A stretch of DNA of 64,000 nt from an uncultured Eubacteriales bacterium (GCA_949451655.1 CASTST010000002.1:2201-66200); one strand, 5' to 3'; positions 1 to 10,326 are shown, counted from the first letter of the stretch. The notes: generated by a model not told the origin, from the sequence alone. Numbers and translations are program-made.

Positions 1-81
1 GCCTGCATTTATGGGGCACACCCGCTCCACTGTCGAATATACTGATATGGAAACAAAAGAAAGGCAAGGAGAAAATAAAGA

Positions 82-618
82 ATGTTTTTTCATACATACA
101 AAAACAATGAACTATTAGAGCGGCTTAGAGGCAGAGCAGATGCATCTGCAAGGGTGTTCGGCAGCAGAGAATACCGCACCGTCCGGGGAACGGTTGAATT
201 TTATCAGATGCCCGATAAGGTGCTGGTGCAGGCGCACTTCATCGGACTGCCGGATCAGCTACATCATTCCCCGGATGGAAAACCCTGCGGCGGCAGTATT
301 TTAGGATTTCACATTCATGCAGGCGGCAGCTGTACGGGAAATGAAACAGATCCTTTCGCAGACGCCGGCGGACATTATGACAATACAGTGACAGCCTCCG
401 GAGGTACGCAGGGGTGTCCCCATCCCTATCATGCGGGAGATCTTCCACCTTTGTTTGTAAATAACGGCACAGCTTTTATGATTGTTGCCACCAATCGGTT
501 CACTGTAGAAGAAATTCTGGGACGCACTGTGATTGTCCATGCCCATGCGGATGATTTTCATAGTCAGCCGGCGGGGGATGCAGGCGGCAGAATCGCCTGC
601 GGAATTATAAGAGGATAA
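82..618 (+). CDS. Cu/Zn superoxide dismutase family protein
   Basis: 178-aa ORF. Metal-ligand style motifs FHIHAGGSC, GGHYD, HPYHAGDLPPL and VIVHAHADD, plus C-terminal GGRIACGII, are typical of the SOD_Cu family. No obvious signal peptide. Confidence 0.75.
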   Translation: MFFHTYKNNELLERLRGRADASARVFGSREYRTVRGTVEFYQMPDKVLVQAHFIGLPDQLHHSPDGKPCGGSILGFHIHAGGSCTGNETDPFADAGGHYDNTVTASGGTQGCPHPYHAGDLPPLFVNNGTAFMIVATNRFTVEEILGRTVIVHAHADDFHSQPAGDAGGRIACGIIRG

Positions 619-639
619 AACATTCTATCCCCCAGCATG

Positions 640-1148
640 CGCGGGGCACCTTCTGTTTAAGCCCCGCTTGTGCACAGGGGGTAGCATACTGCAAGCACGA
701 TGCGGGGCCCCCCATTTATGCCCCACTTGTGCAAAAGAGGAGGAACACGCTGCAAGCTCCCACCATATCCCAAGCCCCCTTTACAAGGGAAGGTGGCATG
801 ACATAAGCTTCTACCATACCCCAAAGCCCCCCTGTGCAAAGGGAGTGCGGCTGCAAGCTTCCACCGTATCCCAAGCCCCCCTTGTGCAAAGGGGGGTGGC
901 GGCGGAGCCGGCGGGGGGATTGTCTATGTTAAACTGCCGATTTGTAATTCCTGCAAAATGATCGCTTTACAATCCCCCAGTCGACATCGCTGCGCTTAGT
1001 CGACAGCCCCCTTTGCACAAGGGGGCCTTTTAAAGTTATGTGCTAAGCGGAAGCTCCCTATGAAGCCACGCAGTGGATCCTCACAAGGGAGCCTTTAATA
1101 TATTTTGTGGCTACACGACATGCCCCTTTGCACATGGAGCCTTTTTGT
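640..1148. repeat. Mosaic palindromic intergenic repeat cluster A
   Basis: Multiple CCC(C)TTGTGCAAAGGG(G)-type hairpins. One TIR-bounded core at 915..977 (orientation R: GGGGATTGT..ACTGCCGATTT..CAAAATGAT..ACAATCCCC). Submodules GCTGCAAGCT.CCACC.TATCCCAAGCCCCC and GCCACGCAGTGGATCCTCACAAGGGAG recur in other clusters. Lies between convergent 3' ends. Confidence 0.85.
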
Positions 1149-1153
1149 TTCTG

Positions 1154-2032
1154 CTACAAGCAAGCATTGATCCGGCGGACGGCATCCTGTAAAATCTTTT
1201 CCGGATTGTTTTCATTCACCACAACAATGCGGCGGGACGAGTCAAATCCAACAATTTCTCCGTCCGCACCAAACAGCGGACGGTTGTGTACTTCCATTTT
1301 ACAGGCTTCGGGACAAATGAGAAGTCCCTCGGCGCAAAGATCCCATAACCCCTGTGCCCAGGAAATCTCCCGAAACCGTCTGCGCAGCCAGATACACAAC
1401 GGATTCTCTCCATTAAACAGCGCGTCAATTTCATCGTCTGTGCGTCGAAACGGCGCTACCACCTTTCCCGCGCAAACCAGCACCATGTTTTCCGCAAGGG
1501 AAAACAACAGCTTTCCCCCTTCAATATCGTTGTGATAATTATATTCACCTGTATTATTTTTCCCGTCCAGATCATCCAAAGCCAGCCATACCACAATCAG
1601 CCGTTGGCGAATTTCAGGATACATTGCCAGCGCGCTCGCTACATTGGTGCAGCAGCCAGTGATAACTACATATACAGGCTCCTTAGTTGAAAGCACTGCG
1701 CGGCGGATATTTTCTGCCCCGGGACTTTCCAGCGGATGCCCCGCACGGGTGATATAGTCCGGCGCTCCTGCAAATGCAGGAATTTTTCCGGCAAGCCCTG
1801 CAGCGGCAATAATTACTTCGCACTCTGCCTTACCGGCGGAAACAGTTTCTCCACTATTCTCATTAAAGGGTGCGGAAATGGCTGCAAGCACTTCCACCCG
1901 ATCCGGGGATCGCAGGGCATAACCCAGAGCAAATTGATCGTCTCCGTCGGCGCCTGCATCACAATCCACAATGATTTTCTTTACTTTTGGGCTTTGGATA
2001 TGCGCAACAATCTCTTCCGGTGACATAGACAT
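1154..2032 (-). CDS. Inosine-uridine preferring nucleoside hydrolase family protein
   Basis: 292-aa ORF with the N-terminal DCDAGADGDDQFALGYAL aspartate cluster characteristic of IU_nuc_hydro. The second ATG (2026) has better RBS spacing (AAGGAGA). Confidence 0.8.
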   Translation of the reverse strand: MSMSPEEIVAHIQSPKVKKIIVDCDAGADGDDQFALGYALRSPDRVEVLAAISAPFNENSGETVSAGKAECEVIIAAAGLAGKIPAFAGAPDYITRAGHPLESPGAENIRRAVLSTKEPVYVVITGCCTNVASALAMYPEIRQRLIVVWLALDDLDGKNNTGEYNYHNDIEGGKLLFSLAENMVLVCAGKVVAPFRRTDDEIDALFNGENPLCIWLRRRFREISWAQGLWDLCAEGLLICPEACKMEVHNRPLFGADGEIVGFDSSRRIVVVNENNPEKILQDAVRRINACL

Positions 2033-2111
2033 TCTCCTTTACATATGATTGACAAATCGCCATAGGTTGGGTAAACTTATATTATGTAAAAACTTGGCGG
2101 GGGGATAAAAC

Positions 2112-3014
2112 ATGCTGTTTTCAGATATTCTGGCAATTTCGGATTTATCCGATCACCCTATAATTCTCACAGGACATCTCCATCCGGATTATGACAGCGC
2201 CGCGGCATGTCTGCTCATGCAGCAGTTTCTGAAGCAGTGCGGTATAAATGCACAGATCTGTCTGTACGGCAAAATGGATGCACACAGCAACGCAGTCCTG
2301 CAAAAACATGGCTATGATCCAGAGACGTTGTTTGCACCGGTTCCGGAGAATGCCTGGCTGATTTTGTGCGACTGCCATACTACAACCCAGCCCGGCAAGG
2401 TGATCGCCTGTGTGGATCATCACCCCGTCATGGATGTGCCGGATATGCCTGTGTACCTAAACCGTTCGGCAAGCTCCGCCGGGCGGATCGTATATCACGA
2501 AGCAGCCGCATACGGACTGCAAACAAACCGGGAAACGGATTTCCTTACCCTTGCCTCTGTTTATATGGACACCCGTGCTTGCAGCAGCACAAAATTTCAA
2601 GCAGCGGACAAGCCATGGATGATAGAAACTGCTGCCCGGTGGAACTTTGATTTACCGGCTTTGGAGCGGGACGGACTGTGCCTGACAGATTTGACTCAAC
2701 CTGCGGATCTGTTGGCGCAAAACGATTTTCGGGCATACACCTTCGGAAAGTACCATGTTGCTTCCAGCTACGTGCAGGCGGAAAAGGAGGAAGCAGTGCC
2801 AATTGGGACACTGCTGGAATGCTGCGAGACAGCATGCTGCAGTGGAGCATATGATTATTGGGTGTTCCTATGCTATATCCCTCCCAAAAAAATAACGGAT
2901 GTATATTTGTTCAATCGGGATGAAAATGCATGGAATAAAACACGGCATGTGGGAATTCTTTCCCGGGGAAACGATGTAATTCCCGCATTGGAACGCAAGC
3001 TGATAGATCGGTAA
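2112..3014 (+). CDS. DHH family phosphoesterase-like protein
   Basis: 300-aa ORF with GHLHPDYDSAAA, ILCDCH and CVDHHP motifs (DHH motifs I-III pattern). Confidence 0.6.
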   Translation: MLFSDILAISDLSDHPIILTGHLHPDYDSAAACLLMQQFLKQCGINAQICLYGKMDAHSNAVLQKHGYDPETLFAPVPENAWLILCDCHTTTQPGKVIACVDHHPVMDVPDMPVYLNRSASSAGRIVYHEAAAYGLQTNRETDFLTLASVYMDTRACSSTKFQAADKPWMIETAARWNFDLPALERDGLCLTDLTQPADLLAQNDFRAYTFGKYHVASSYVQAEKEEAVPIGTLLECCETACCSGAYDYWVFLCYIPPKKITDVYLFNRDENAWNKTRHVGILSRGNDVIPALERKLIDR

Positions 3015-3084
3015 TATTATAGCGTTTTTTGAAAAATTGTCAATAAACTTATAGCAGGTGTGGCAAGCTGCGAAAGTCAGCACC

Positions 3085-3520
3085 TACGCGAAAAGGTCCC
3101 CCCAGCAAAGGGAGCTGTCATGGAGCAAGCATTCATACAAAAAGGCTCCCTTGTGAGGATCCACTACGTGGTTCCATAGGGAACTGTCACGGAGCAAGCA
3201 CCCATATAAAAAGGCTCCCTTGTGCTGGAGCCGCATAGCGGATCCTATGGAGCTCCCGCGAAGCCACAAAATATATTAAAGGCTCCCTTGTGCAAAGGGA
3301 GCTCCCGCGTAGCGGGTGAGGGATTGTTTCTTTTATCATTTTGCAGAGATTACAAATCGACAGTATGTACAGACAATTCCTCCGTCACGGCTAAAGCCGC
3401 GCCACCTCCTTTTACACAAAGGAGGCTTGGAGAGATGGGAGCTTGCAGCCGCGCTCCCTTTGCACAAGGGGGCTTGGGGATATGGTGGTGGCTTACAGCG
3501 AGCCGCTTCTCTATCCTGGG
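3085..3520. repeat. Mosaic palindromic intergenic repeat cluster B
   Basis: Hairpins GGCTCCCTTGTG..; TIR core 3318..3382 (orientation F: GAGGGATTGT..TATCATTTTGCAG..AAATCGACAGT..ACAATTCCTC). Contains the reverse complement of the GCTGCAAGCT..CCCAAGCCCCC submodule seen in cluster A. Confidence 0.85.
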
Positions 3521-3600
3521 AGACTTAGAAAATGAGATTAGAGGCTGCGCCATGCTCCCCCTTCTCAGACCATAAATATAAAGAAAGACAGGTATTTACA

Positions 3601-4134
3601 ATGCTGTACGTATGGATTGCTGTTTGTATTGCCGCAGGAGCCGGCGCAGTATTTCTTGCAGGGTCTGCACCAAGCAGAAAATGGTTTTGCCGCGCCGGGT
3701 ACGGATTTCTTGCCGTGTCCGCCGCAGGACTGATTGGACTGTGCACAGGAACTGTTCTTTTCTTTTTAAATCATACCGGAGAAAACGACGGAGAAACCCT
3801 GCTGCGGATGTTCTTTTCCATAACTGCTGCCGCGGCGGGGATCTGTATTGTGATTGTTCTGGGAACGATATTTACCGGGAAAAAGCTGATTCGTCCCGTT
3901 GTGGTGTCCGTTCCGTTTTTGTGGACAGTCCCCCTTCTTCTGTGGACAGATCTGTGCGCTTCCTGGACGGACAAGCCCGGTATGATTCTGACGCTGGGGC
4001 TTTCCCTGTGTGCTTTGCTGTTCCTTTGTCCTGCTGCTGCATTTCTTCGGGCAGCCGCCCTTTTAAAACAGGGGGGAACAGAAAAAACGTACCAACATAA
4101 AGGGAAAATAAAAAACGAAAAAAAGAAGCGGTAA
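3601..4134 (+). CDS. Hypothetical multi-pass membrane protein
   Basis: ORF 3532..4134. An internal start at 3601 gives MLYVWIAVCIAAGAG... with 5-6 hydrophobic segments and a Lys-rich C-terminus. No recognisable family. Confidence 0.5.
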   Translation: MLYVWIAVCIAAGAGAVFLAGSAPSRKWFCRAGYGFLAVSAAGLIGLCTGTVLFFLNHTGENDGETLLRMFFSITAAAAGICIVIVLGTIFTGKKLIRPVVVSVPFLWTVPLLLWTDLCASWTDKPGMILTLGLSLCALLFLCPAAAFLRAAALLKQGGTEKTYQHKGKIKNEKKKR

Positions 4135-4180
4135 ATATCCGAACTTCCGGAAAATACCGGGGGACAAAATAGCCTTCCCC

Positions 4181-4209
4181 TTGACACAATTCGCACAGCA
4201 CAGTATAAT
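4181..4209 (+). promoter_or_regulatory. Near-consensus sigma-70-type promoter upstream of iorA
   Basis: TTGACA (4181-4186), 17-nt spacer, TATAAT (4204-4209), about 55 nt upstream of the iorA start. Confidence 0.6.
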
Positions 4210-4262
4210 ATTAGATGAAGTTTATAGGAAAGTGTACTGCCCAAAGAAAGGAATTTACATAC

Positions 4263-6014
4263 ATGAAAAAAATAATGCTTGGCAATGAAGCAGTCGCAAG
4301 AGGACTGTATGAAGCCGGCGTGCGGTTTGTATCCAGTTATCCCGGCACACCCAGCACGGAAATATCTGAATTTGCAGCAAAATATGATGAAATTTACGCA
4401 GAATGGGCGCCAAACGAAAAAGTGGCGCTGGAGTCAGCGCTAGGCGCAAGCTTTGGCGGCGGACGCGCCTTTTCCGCAATGAAGCATGTTGGTCTGAACG
4501 TTGCAGCAGACCCCCTGTTCATCACTGCTTACACCGGCGTCGGCGGCGGGTTCGTCATCGGCGTTGCCGACGATCCGGGAATGCATTCTTCCCAGAATGA
4601 GCAGGACAGCAGACATTACGCCATCGGCGCAAAACTTCCGATGATTGAGCCTGCTGATTCAGCAGAATGCAAAGAATTTGTTAAGCTTGCATATGAACTT
4701 TCCGAACAGTTTGATACCCCCTTCATCCTGCGGCTTACCACCCGTGTGTCCCATTCCGGCGGTGCAGTAGAACTGGAGCAGCGGACGGAAAAACCGGTTT
4801 TGGAATATACAAAAGATCCTGCAAAACGGGTTATGATGCCTGGAAATGCAAAGCGGCGCCATCCTGTTGTGGAACAGCGCCTTGCTGATCTTGCAGAATA
4901 TGCATATCATAGTCCTCTCAACCGGGTGGAAATGGGCGGTACTGCCGTTGGTGTGATTACCGCGGGCAACTGTTACAACTATGCAAAAGAAGTATACGGC
5001 GACAGCGCTTCCTATTTGAAGCTGGGACTGATTCATCCCCTGTCGGAAAAGCAGATCCGCGAATTTGCCGCATCTGTAGATTCTGTTGTGGTTATCGAGG
5101 AACTGGACGGCGTGATCGAAAACTTCTGCCGCTCTCTCGGCATTCAGGTCACCGGTAAAGACGTGCTCCCCCTGTGCGGCGAATATTCCCAGGAGCTGCT
5201 CCGGGAAAAATTGCTGGGCGAGGAACCCTGCACCGTGTCGGTTGCAGACGAAATCCCTGTACGCCCGCCGGTACTATGTCCCGGATGCCCCCACCGCGGT
5301 GTGTTCTATACCTTGAAGAAAATGGGGCTGACCGTATCGGGAGATATCGGCTGTTATACCTTGGGCGCTGTGGCGCCTCTGGGCGCAATGGATACAACCC
5401 TGTGTATGGGCGCGTCCATTTCCGCACTGCACGGATTTAATAAAGTACGCGGAGATGATTCGAAATCTGTAGCCGTAATCGGTGATTCTACGTTCATGCA
5501 TTCCGGCATGACCGGTCTTGTAAATATTATTTACAATGGCGGCGCGTCCACCGTAGTTATTCTGGATAACCGGATCACCGGCATGACCGGGCACCAGCAG
5601 AACCCCCTCACCGGACTTACCCTGAAAAACCAGCCTGCTCCCTATATCTGTCTGGAGGATATCTGCGCCGGACTGGGTGTTGCAAGAGAGCACATTCGTG
5701 TGGTAGATCCTGCCCAGCCTGCCGAACTGGAGAAGGTTCTGAAAGAAGAGCTGGCCGCAGATGCAGCTTCCGTTGTGATCTGCCGCCGTCCCTGCGCCCT
5801 TTTGAAGGGCGTGGAAAAGAAGCCCCCGCTGCGTGTTGACCGGGAAAAGTGCCGGGGCTGCAAAGCGTGCATGAAAATCGGATGTCCCTGCATTTCCATG
5901 GTAGCAGGAGAAGATGGTGTAAAAGCAAAGGTTGACGAGGGCATGTGCGTAGGATGCGGACTTTGTGAACAGATGTGTCCCTTCGATGCATTTTCATCCA
6001 CAACGGAAGAATAA
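4263..6014 (+). CDS. iorA: Indolepyruvate ferredoxin oxidoreductase subunit alpha
   Basis: N-terminus MKKIMLGNEAVARGLYEAGV..SSYPGTPSTEI (pyruvate:ferredoxin OR-type). TPP-binding region GDSTFMHSG. C-terminal two CxxCxxCxxxC ferredoxin motifs (CRGCKACMKIGCP, CVGCGLCEQMCP). Followed by iorB. Confidence 0.85.
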   Translation: MKKIMLGNEAVARGLYEAGVRFVSSYPGTPSTEISEFAAKYDEIYAEWAPNEKVALESALGASFGGGRAFSAMKHVGLNVAADPLFITAYTGVGGGFVIGVADDPGMHSSQNEQDSRHYAIGAKLPMIEPADSAECKEFVKLAYELSEQFDTPFILRLTTRVSHSGGAVELEQRTEKPVLEYTKDPAKRVMMPGNAKRRHPVVEQRLADLAEYAYHSPLNRVEMGGTAVGVITAGNCYNYAKEVYGDSASYLKLGLIHPLSEKQIREFAASVDSVVVIEELDGVIENFCRSLGIQVTGKDVLPLCGEYSQELLREKLLGEEPCTVSVADEIPVRPPVLCPGCPHRGVFYTLKKMGLTVSGDIGCYTLGAVAPLGAMDTTLCMGASISALHGFNKVRGDDSKSVAVIGDSTFMHSGMTGLVNIIYNGGASTVVILDNRITGMTGHQQNPLTGLTLKNQPAPYICLEDICAGLGVAREHIRVVDPAQPAELEKVLKEELAADAASVVICRRPCALLKGVEKKPPLRVDREKCRGCKACMKIGCPCISMVAGEDGVKAKVDEGMCVGCGLCEQMCPFDAFSSTTEE

Positions 6015-6028
6015 CGAGGAAAATAAAT

Positions 6029-6613
6029 ATGACAACAAAAAATATAATGATCGTCGGCGTTGGCGGGCAAGGCTCTCTTCTGGCAAGCAGAATTTTGGGG
6101 GCAGCCGCTACGGCAGGCGGATATGAAGTAAAGATTTCCGAGGTGCATGGCATGAGTCAGCGCGGCGGATCCGTTGTAACGTATGTGCGCTACGGGGAGA
6201 AGGTAAATTCCCCTGTAATTTGTCAGGGAGAAGCAGACGTAATTCTGTCCTTCGAGCTTTTGGAAGCTGCAAGATGGCTGCCATTTCTGAAACCCGGCGG
6301 AACACTGATTACCTCTATCCAGGAAATTAACCCTATGCCGGTTATTATCGGCGCAGCGGAGTATCCGGCAGATTTGGCAGAGAAAATAGATGCGCTGGGC
6401 GTAAATATCATTGCGAAAGACGCCGCTGCTATTGCAGAAGAAGCAGGCAACGTACGGGCAGCTAATGTAGCGCTGATCGGACTTGGCGCCCATGTGCTGG
6501 GCTTTGATGCGGCAGTGCTCCGGGGTGCGGTAGAGGAATGCGTTCCCGCAAAGGCGCGGGAAATCAATCTGCGTGCCTTTGATTTGGCGGCAACACATCA
6601 GGATGTGCAGTAA
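6029..6613 (+). CDS. iorB: Indolepyruvate ferredoxin oxidoreductase subunit beta
   Basis: Starts MTTKNIMIVGVGGQGSLLASRILG (POR gamma-like fold). RBS GAGGAA upstream of ATG 6029. Tightly coupled to iorA. Confidence 0.85.
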   Translation: MTTKNIMIVGVGGQGSLLASRILGAAATAGGYEVKISEVHGMSQRGGSVVTYVRYGEKVNSPVICQGEADVILSFELLEAARWLPFLKPGGTLITSIQEINPMPVIIGAAEYPADLAEKIDALGVNIIAKDAAAIAEEAGNVRAANVALIGLGAHVLGFDAAVLRGAVEECVPAKAREINLRAFDLAATHQDVQ

Positions 6614-7167
6614 TGGTGGATTTGCTTGCATTACAAAAACATTTTATCCTGACCCATCTCAGACCGGGTGATACAGCCTGTGATTTTACTATGGGTAACG
6701 GACACGACACCGCGTTTTTATCCAAAACGGTCGGAGAAACAGGACAGGTTGCGGCATTTGATATTCAGCCTGCTGCTCTGGAAAGTACAGCCCGCCGCTT
6801 GCGGGAGGAAAATTGTCCGAATAACTGGGAGCTGTACTGCCGCTCTCATCATTTGGCAAAGGAATGTGTCCGGGGACCCATACGGGCAGGTATGTTCAAT
6901 TTGGGATATATGCCAGGCAGCGGCAACAAAGCGCTGACCACCATGCGGGAGACAACGCTCCCCGCGGTAGAGAGTGCGCTGTCCATGCTGGGACAGGACA
7001 GTATCCTTATGGTAGCAGTTTATCCGGGGCATCCGGAAGGGGCTGCAGAGGGAGAGGCATTGCAGGCATATTTTGCCACCCTCAGCCGGTACAAGCTGAG
7101 TATTGCAAAATTTCAGATGCTCAATTCTCCCACATCCCCGTATTTTATGATCGCAGAAACAAAGTAG
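6613..7167 (+). CDS. Class I SAM-dependent methyltransferase (YtqB/MnmM-like putative RNA methylase)
   Basis: 184-aa ORF overlapping the iorB stop (TAATG). Motifs DFTMGNGHDTAFL and AFDIQ fit the small rRNA/tRNA methylase family. Confidence 0.7.
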   Translation: MVDLLALQKHFILTHLRPGDTACDFTMGNGHDTAFLSKTVGETGQVAAFDIQPAALESTARRLREENCPNNWELYCRSHHLAKECVRGPIRAGMFNLGYMPGSGNKALTTMRETTLPAVESALSMLGQDSILMVAVYPGHPEGAAEGEALQAYFATLSRYKLSIAKFQMLNSPTSPYFMIAETK

Positions 7168-7190
7168 ATATATAAAAAGCAGTATACAAT

Positions 7191-8384
7191 TTGACTGGGG
7201 GCGAGGCTGTGAACAATAAAACATATGGCTCCCGCCCCGCGTCCCGGGGCTATGTCAACGCGGACGGAACCGTTGTCCGCCCGAAAAAAACCAGCGGGCC
7301 TCCGCCTACAAACGCACCGCAGCATAAGGCGCGGGCAATGTATGGAGCACAGCCTGTACGTCCTGCTGTTCCCCCACGCAGTACGCCGCCCCGTCCGTCG
7401 TCAGCGGCGGCAGGAGGTGCGCAGAGAAAACCTATGCCGCCTCATCCGCAGGCAGGCAGACCTGCTGCACAGCCCCGTCCGGCTGCAAATCCGGGGCAGA
7501 AAAAAAGACCGCCCCAAGGGCAGCGTCCGATGCGTCCGGCCGGGGGGAAACAACCTGTACAAAAACGTGGAACACCCCGTCCGCCCCAGCGCAGGGACAA
7601 ATCCGGATGGATCTATCCGGAAGGCGCTGGAGGGACAAATCCCGCTTCTGATTTTGAACGGTACTACCGACAGCGGCGGCAGGAAGAGCTACGGCGGCAG
7701 CGGCAAAGGCAGGAGCGTGCGCGCCAGGAAGCTCTGCGGCAAAAGAAATTGCGCCGTAAAAAGCGGCTTGCCCAAGTGCGTGGGATATTGGCGCGATTTA
7801 TCATTGTGTTTGCACTCATTTGCGGGATCACTGCGGGGGCATATTTCAAAATATATCACAAGGGTGCTGTAGAAAAATATAACGCCGTAACATTTACTGT
7901 CGGCAAAGACGACACATTTGAAGCCGGCGCTTCCGCGGCATATTATGGCCGCGTGCTGTATACCGATTTCACCCGCTTGGCGTCTTTTCTGGATATGCCC
8001 ATGGCGGGCAGCATCCACTATATGCGCTTTATTATTCCTTCTGAAACGGAAAGCGACAGCGCAGGAAACGGTATGGAGGAAACAGTGCTGTTTACTGTTG
8101 GATCTTCAACGGTCAATATCAATGGTGTCAATATGAACATGACAGGACCCTGCCGACTGATTGGCACATCCATATGGGTGCCCCTCTCATTTGTGGAACA
8201 CTATATGTCCGGCGTTACGGTAAAATATGAAAAATCGGATAAAATTTCTTTGACACGTACCATAGTGGAAGAGGAAAACAATAAGGATAAAAAACAGGAA
8301 GAGAAGAAAACAGAGCCGCTCACCTTCCGGGTGAAACCCCAGAAACCCATTGACCCGGTGGAATATCCGAATGCGGCAACGTAA
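7191..8384 (+). CDS. Membrane-anchored protein with Pro/Arg-rich disordered N-terminus and copper-amine-oxidase-N-like (stalk) C-terminal domain
   Basis: 397 aa. The first 150 aa or so are P/R/Q/A low complexity, followed by an R/K/E/Q charged stretch, one TM segment (FIIVFALICGITAGAYF), then TVNINGVNMNMTGPCRLIGTSIWVPLSFVEHYM resembling Cu_amine_oxidN1. Start codon uncertain (TTG 7191). Confidence 0.6.
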   Translation: MTGGEAVNNKTYGSRPASRGYVNADGTVVRPKKTSGPPPTNAPQHKARAMYGAQPVRPAVPPRSTPPRPSSAAAGGAQRKPMPPHPQAGRPAAQPRPAANPGQKKRPPQGQRPMRPAGGKQPVQKRGTPRPPQRRDKSGWIYPEGAGGTNPASDFERYYRQRRQEELRRQRQRQERARQEALRQKKLRRKKRLAQVRGILARFIIVFALICGITAGAYFKIYHKGAVEKYNAVTFTVGKDDTFEAGASAAYYGRVLYTDFTRLASFLDMPMAGSIHYMRFIIPSETESDSAGNGMEETVLFTVGSSTVNINGVNMNMTGPCRLIGTSIWVPLSFVEHYMSGVTVKYEKSDKISLTRTIVEEENNKDKKQEEKKTEPLTFRVKPQKPIDPVEYPNAAT

Positions 8385-8420
8385 ACCAGAGAATATTCAC
8401 AGGTTGGAAAGGCAAATACA

Positions 8421-8918
8421 TTGACAAATATTGTTTTGATCGGAATGCCCGGCTGCGGAAAGAGCACCGCAGGCGTGCTGCTTGCAAAAACACTTGGATA
8501 CAGCTTTTTGGATACGGATTTGCTGCTCCAGCAAAAGGCTGGAAAAAAGCTGTATGAAATCATCCGGGACGATGGGATGGAAGCATTTCTGAGGTTGGAG
8601 AATGAGACGGTAGCGGCGCTGGGAAATTTGGATAAAACTATAATTGCTACCGGCGGCAGTGTGGTGCTTGGAGAAGCAGCCATGGCGCGGTTGAAAAGTC
8701 TTGGAAAGATTGTTTATCTACAACTCCCCCTTGCACAAATCGAGCATCGGATTTCCAATATCAAAACAAGAGGAATTGCCATGGGTCCCGGAGAAGGACT
8801 GGCAGACGTTTATGCGCATCGGGTTCCTTTATACGAGCGATATGCGGACGTTACTGTGTCTGCACAGGATTTCTCGCTGGAGGAAACTGTGGAAGCAATC
8901 ACGCAAATGGTGATTTGA
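8421..8918 (+). CDS. aroK: Shikimate kinase
   Basis: 165 aa. IVLIGMPGCGKSTAGVLLAKTLGYSFLDTDLL P-loop plus the shikimate-binding pattern. TTG start with an upstream GGAAAGG. Confidence 0.85.
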   Translation: MTNIVLIGMPGCGKSTAGVLLAKTLGYSFLDTDLLLQQKAGKKLYEIIRDDGMEAFLRLENETVAALGNLDKTIIATGGSVVLGEAAMARLKSLGKIVYLQLPLAQIEHRISNIKTRGIAMGPGEGLADVYAHRVPLYERYADVTVSAQDFSLEETVEAITQMVI

Positions 8919-8954
8919 CAGGGTGTCCGTTTGTCCCCCAGAATATTTAGAAGT

Positions 8955-8990
8955 AAAAAAATCAGCCACCTTTCAGTGGCTGATTTTTCT
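8955..8990. terminator. Bidirectional intrinsic terminator
   Basis: Hairpin ATCAGCCAC-CTTTCA-GTGGCTGAT (8961-8984) flanked by an upstream A-run and a downstream T-run. Lies between aroK (+) and the orphan RHS fragment (-). Confidence 0.75.
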
Positions 8991-9142
8991 ATATTAATTG
9001 GCACATTGCGATTGCATTACAGATAAAACAAATTGCACGTATGGAAACCAATACGATGCATAAAAAATGATCCGTTAAACAGGATGGATATTCAAGGCGA
9101 ATGCTTTTTGTCTGTTTCAACGAGTTGGATGCGCCTATTTTG

Positions 9143-10231
9143 CTAACCATTGACATACGTGTACAGATTCAAACTGGTCGAATCAGCTATGCTTCCATCC
9201 AGTATATCCGCATTCATGAACCGCTTCAGCTGCGGATTGTAAAACCGCGTCCGCATGTACAACAGCCCATTGGGATCCGTCAGCACACCGTACTGCCCGT
9301 TGTAGCCGAAGATCAGCTTGCTGTCTCCCGTACGTTCAATCGTGCTTCCGTATGCGTCATACTTCAATGTGTCTGTCACATTGCCATCGATGTCTGTTAC
9401 TGCAACCACACTGCCACGGTAGTCGTAATGGTATACCATGTACTCCCCGTTGCATCGCGACCACAATAGTCCTTCCGTTCCATAGAAATAGCTGGTCTCA
9501 TTCTCATTGTGATCGCTCGTCCAGATCAGCCTGCTTCTTCCTCCCGAGCTGTCATACAGATACTGCATATTCGTATGATAGTAGTACATATTGATTCGGG
9601 TGCCGTCCGCATCATACCAGTATTCGTTATTGTCCCCGTCGATCTTTTTCAGGCGGTTGGTTACGTCATAGCTGATACTCACTTTCTTTCCCTGAATCTT
9701 GCAGGTGGTTGTATTTCCGTTCACCGTCACGCCGATTCCGTCTTCATTCATCTTGCTGATGCTGTTATTCTGATTGTATTTGTACGTGTTTGCTGTCCCA
9801 TCCGGCGTTACTGCTGTCAGGATGTTTCCTGCTGCGTCATAGGTGAAGGTTTCCGTATGAATCGCTTCGTTGGTACGCAAATCATATTCCACGCGCTGCG
9901 TTACCCGTCCCAGACTGTCGTAGGTCATACGGTAGTCTATCATTTCTATGGGATTCAGTTCCGATGTGATTCTTCCCAGCGTGTCATAGGTGAAGATATT
10001 GATAAACAGAATTTTTCCGGTCTTGTCTTTATCCGTCAGGATTTGCAGTCTGCCTGCGTTGTCGTAATTTTTCGTGACGGTTCCGCCGTCAATGTTGTTG
10101 ACTTTCGTAACCTGATTCTGTTTGTTGTACTCGTATGTGGTAGTGCATTCCTCTCCTTCCACTCCGCTGGTCAGCATGTTGTGGTTCGCGTCATAGGTAT
10201 ATACTGCTGCTTCTCCGGTTGCGTGCGTCAT
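9143..10231 (-). pseudogene. Orphan RHS core fragment (toxin-less duplicate of the RHS C-terminal core)
   Basis: The 362-aa ORF is almost identical to residues of the main RHS protein from MTHATGEAAVYTYD to NLYTYVNG. It stops right after YVNG, i.e. before the NPISFVDPFGL motif, and has no toxin tip. It is part of direct repeat 9147..10264. Confidence 0.8.
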
Positions 10232-10264
10232 TTTGCACAGGTTCCCGCAACAGTCGTATTCGTA
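9147..10264. repeat. 1.12-kb direct repeat, copy 1 (offset 2694 bp from copy 2)
   Basis: Aligns base for base with 11841..12958. ORF translations on both strands are identical across the centre. About 15 mismatches, clustered near both ends. Confidence 0.9.
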
Positions 10265-10326
10265 GCGGATGAATATCCAGTGTGTAACGCAGCTTGAAAA
10301 TCAAGCTGCGTTACCAATGTCACTTT

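Noticed and set aside
3222-3575. Short ORFs with recurring 'APLCKGS / PLHKGG / AGIRFRIPGASREAGGG' peptides (e.g. 668..961, 3222..3575, 39765..40103, 42422..42808, 52060..52512, 55615..56144)
   Set aside because: They are translations of the palindromic repeat modules. They occur in both orientations and in all frames, and they lack RBSs.
8940-9146. Search for a duplicated tRNA 3' end (att site) at the aroK-proximal end of the RHS island
   Set aside because: No copy of the tRNA-fMet or tRNA-Leu 3' sequence is visible there. The island borders therefore cannot be defined from this window.
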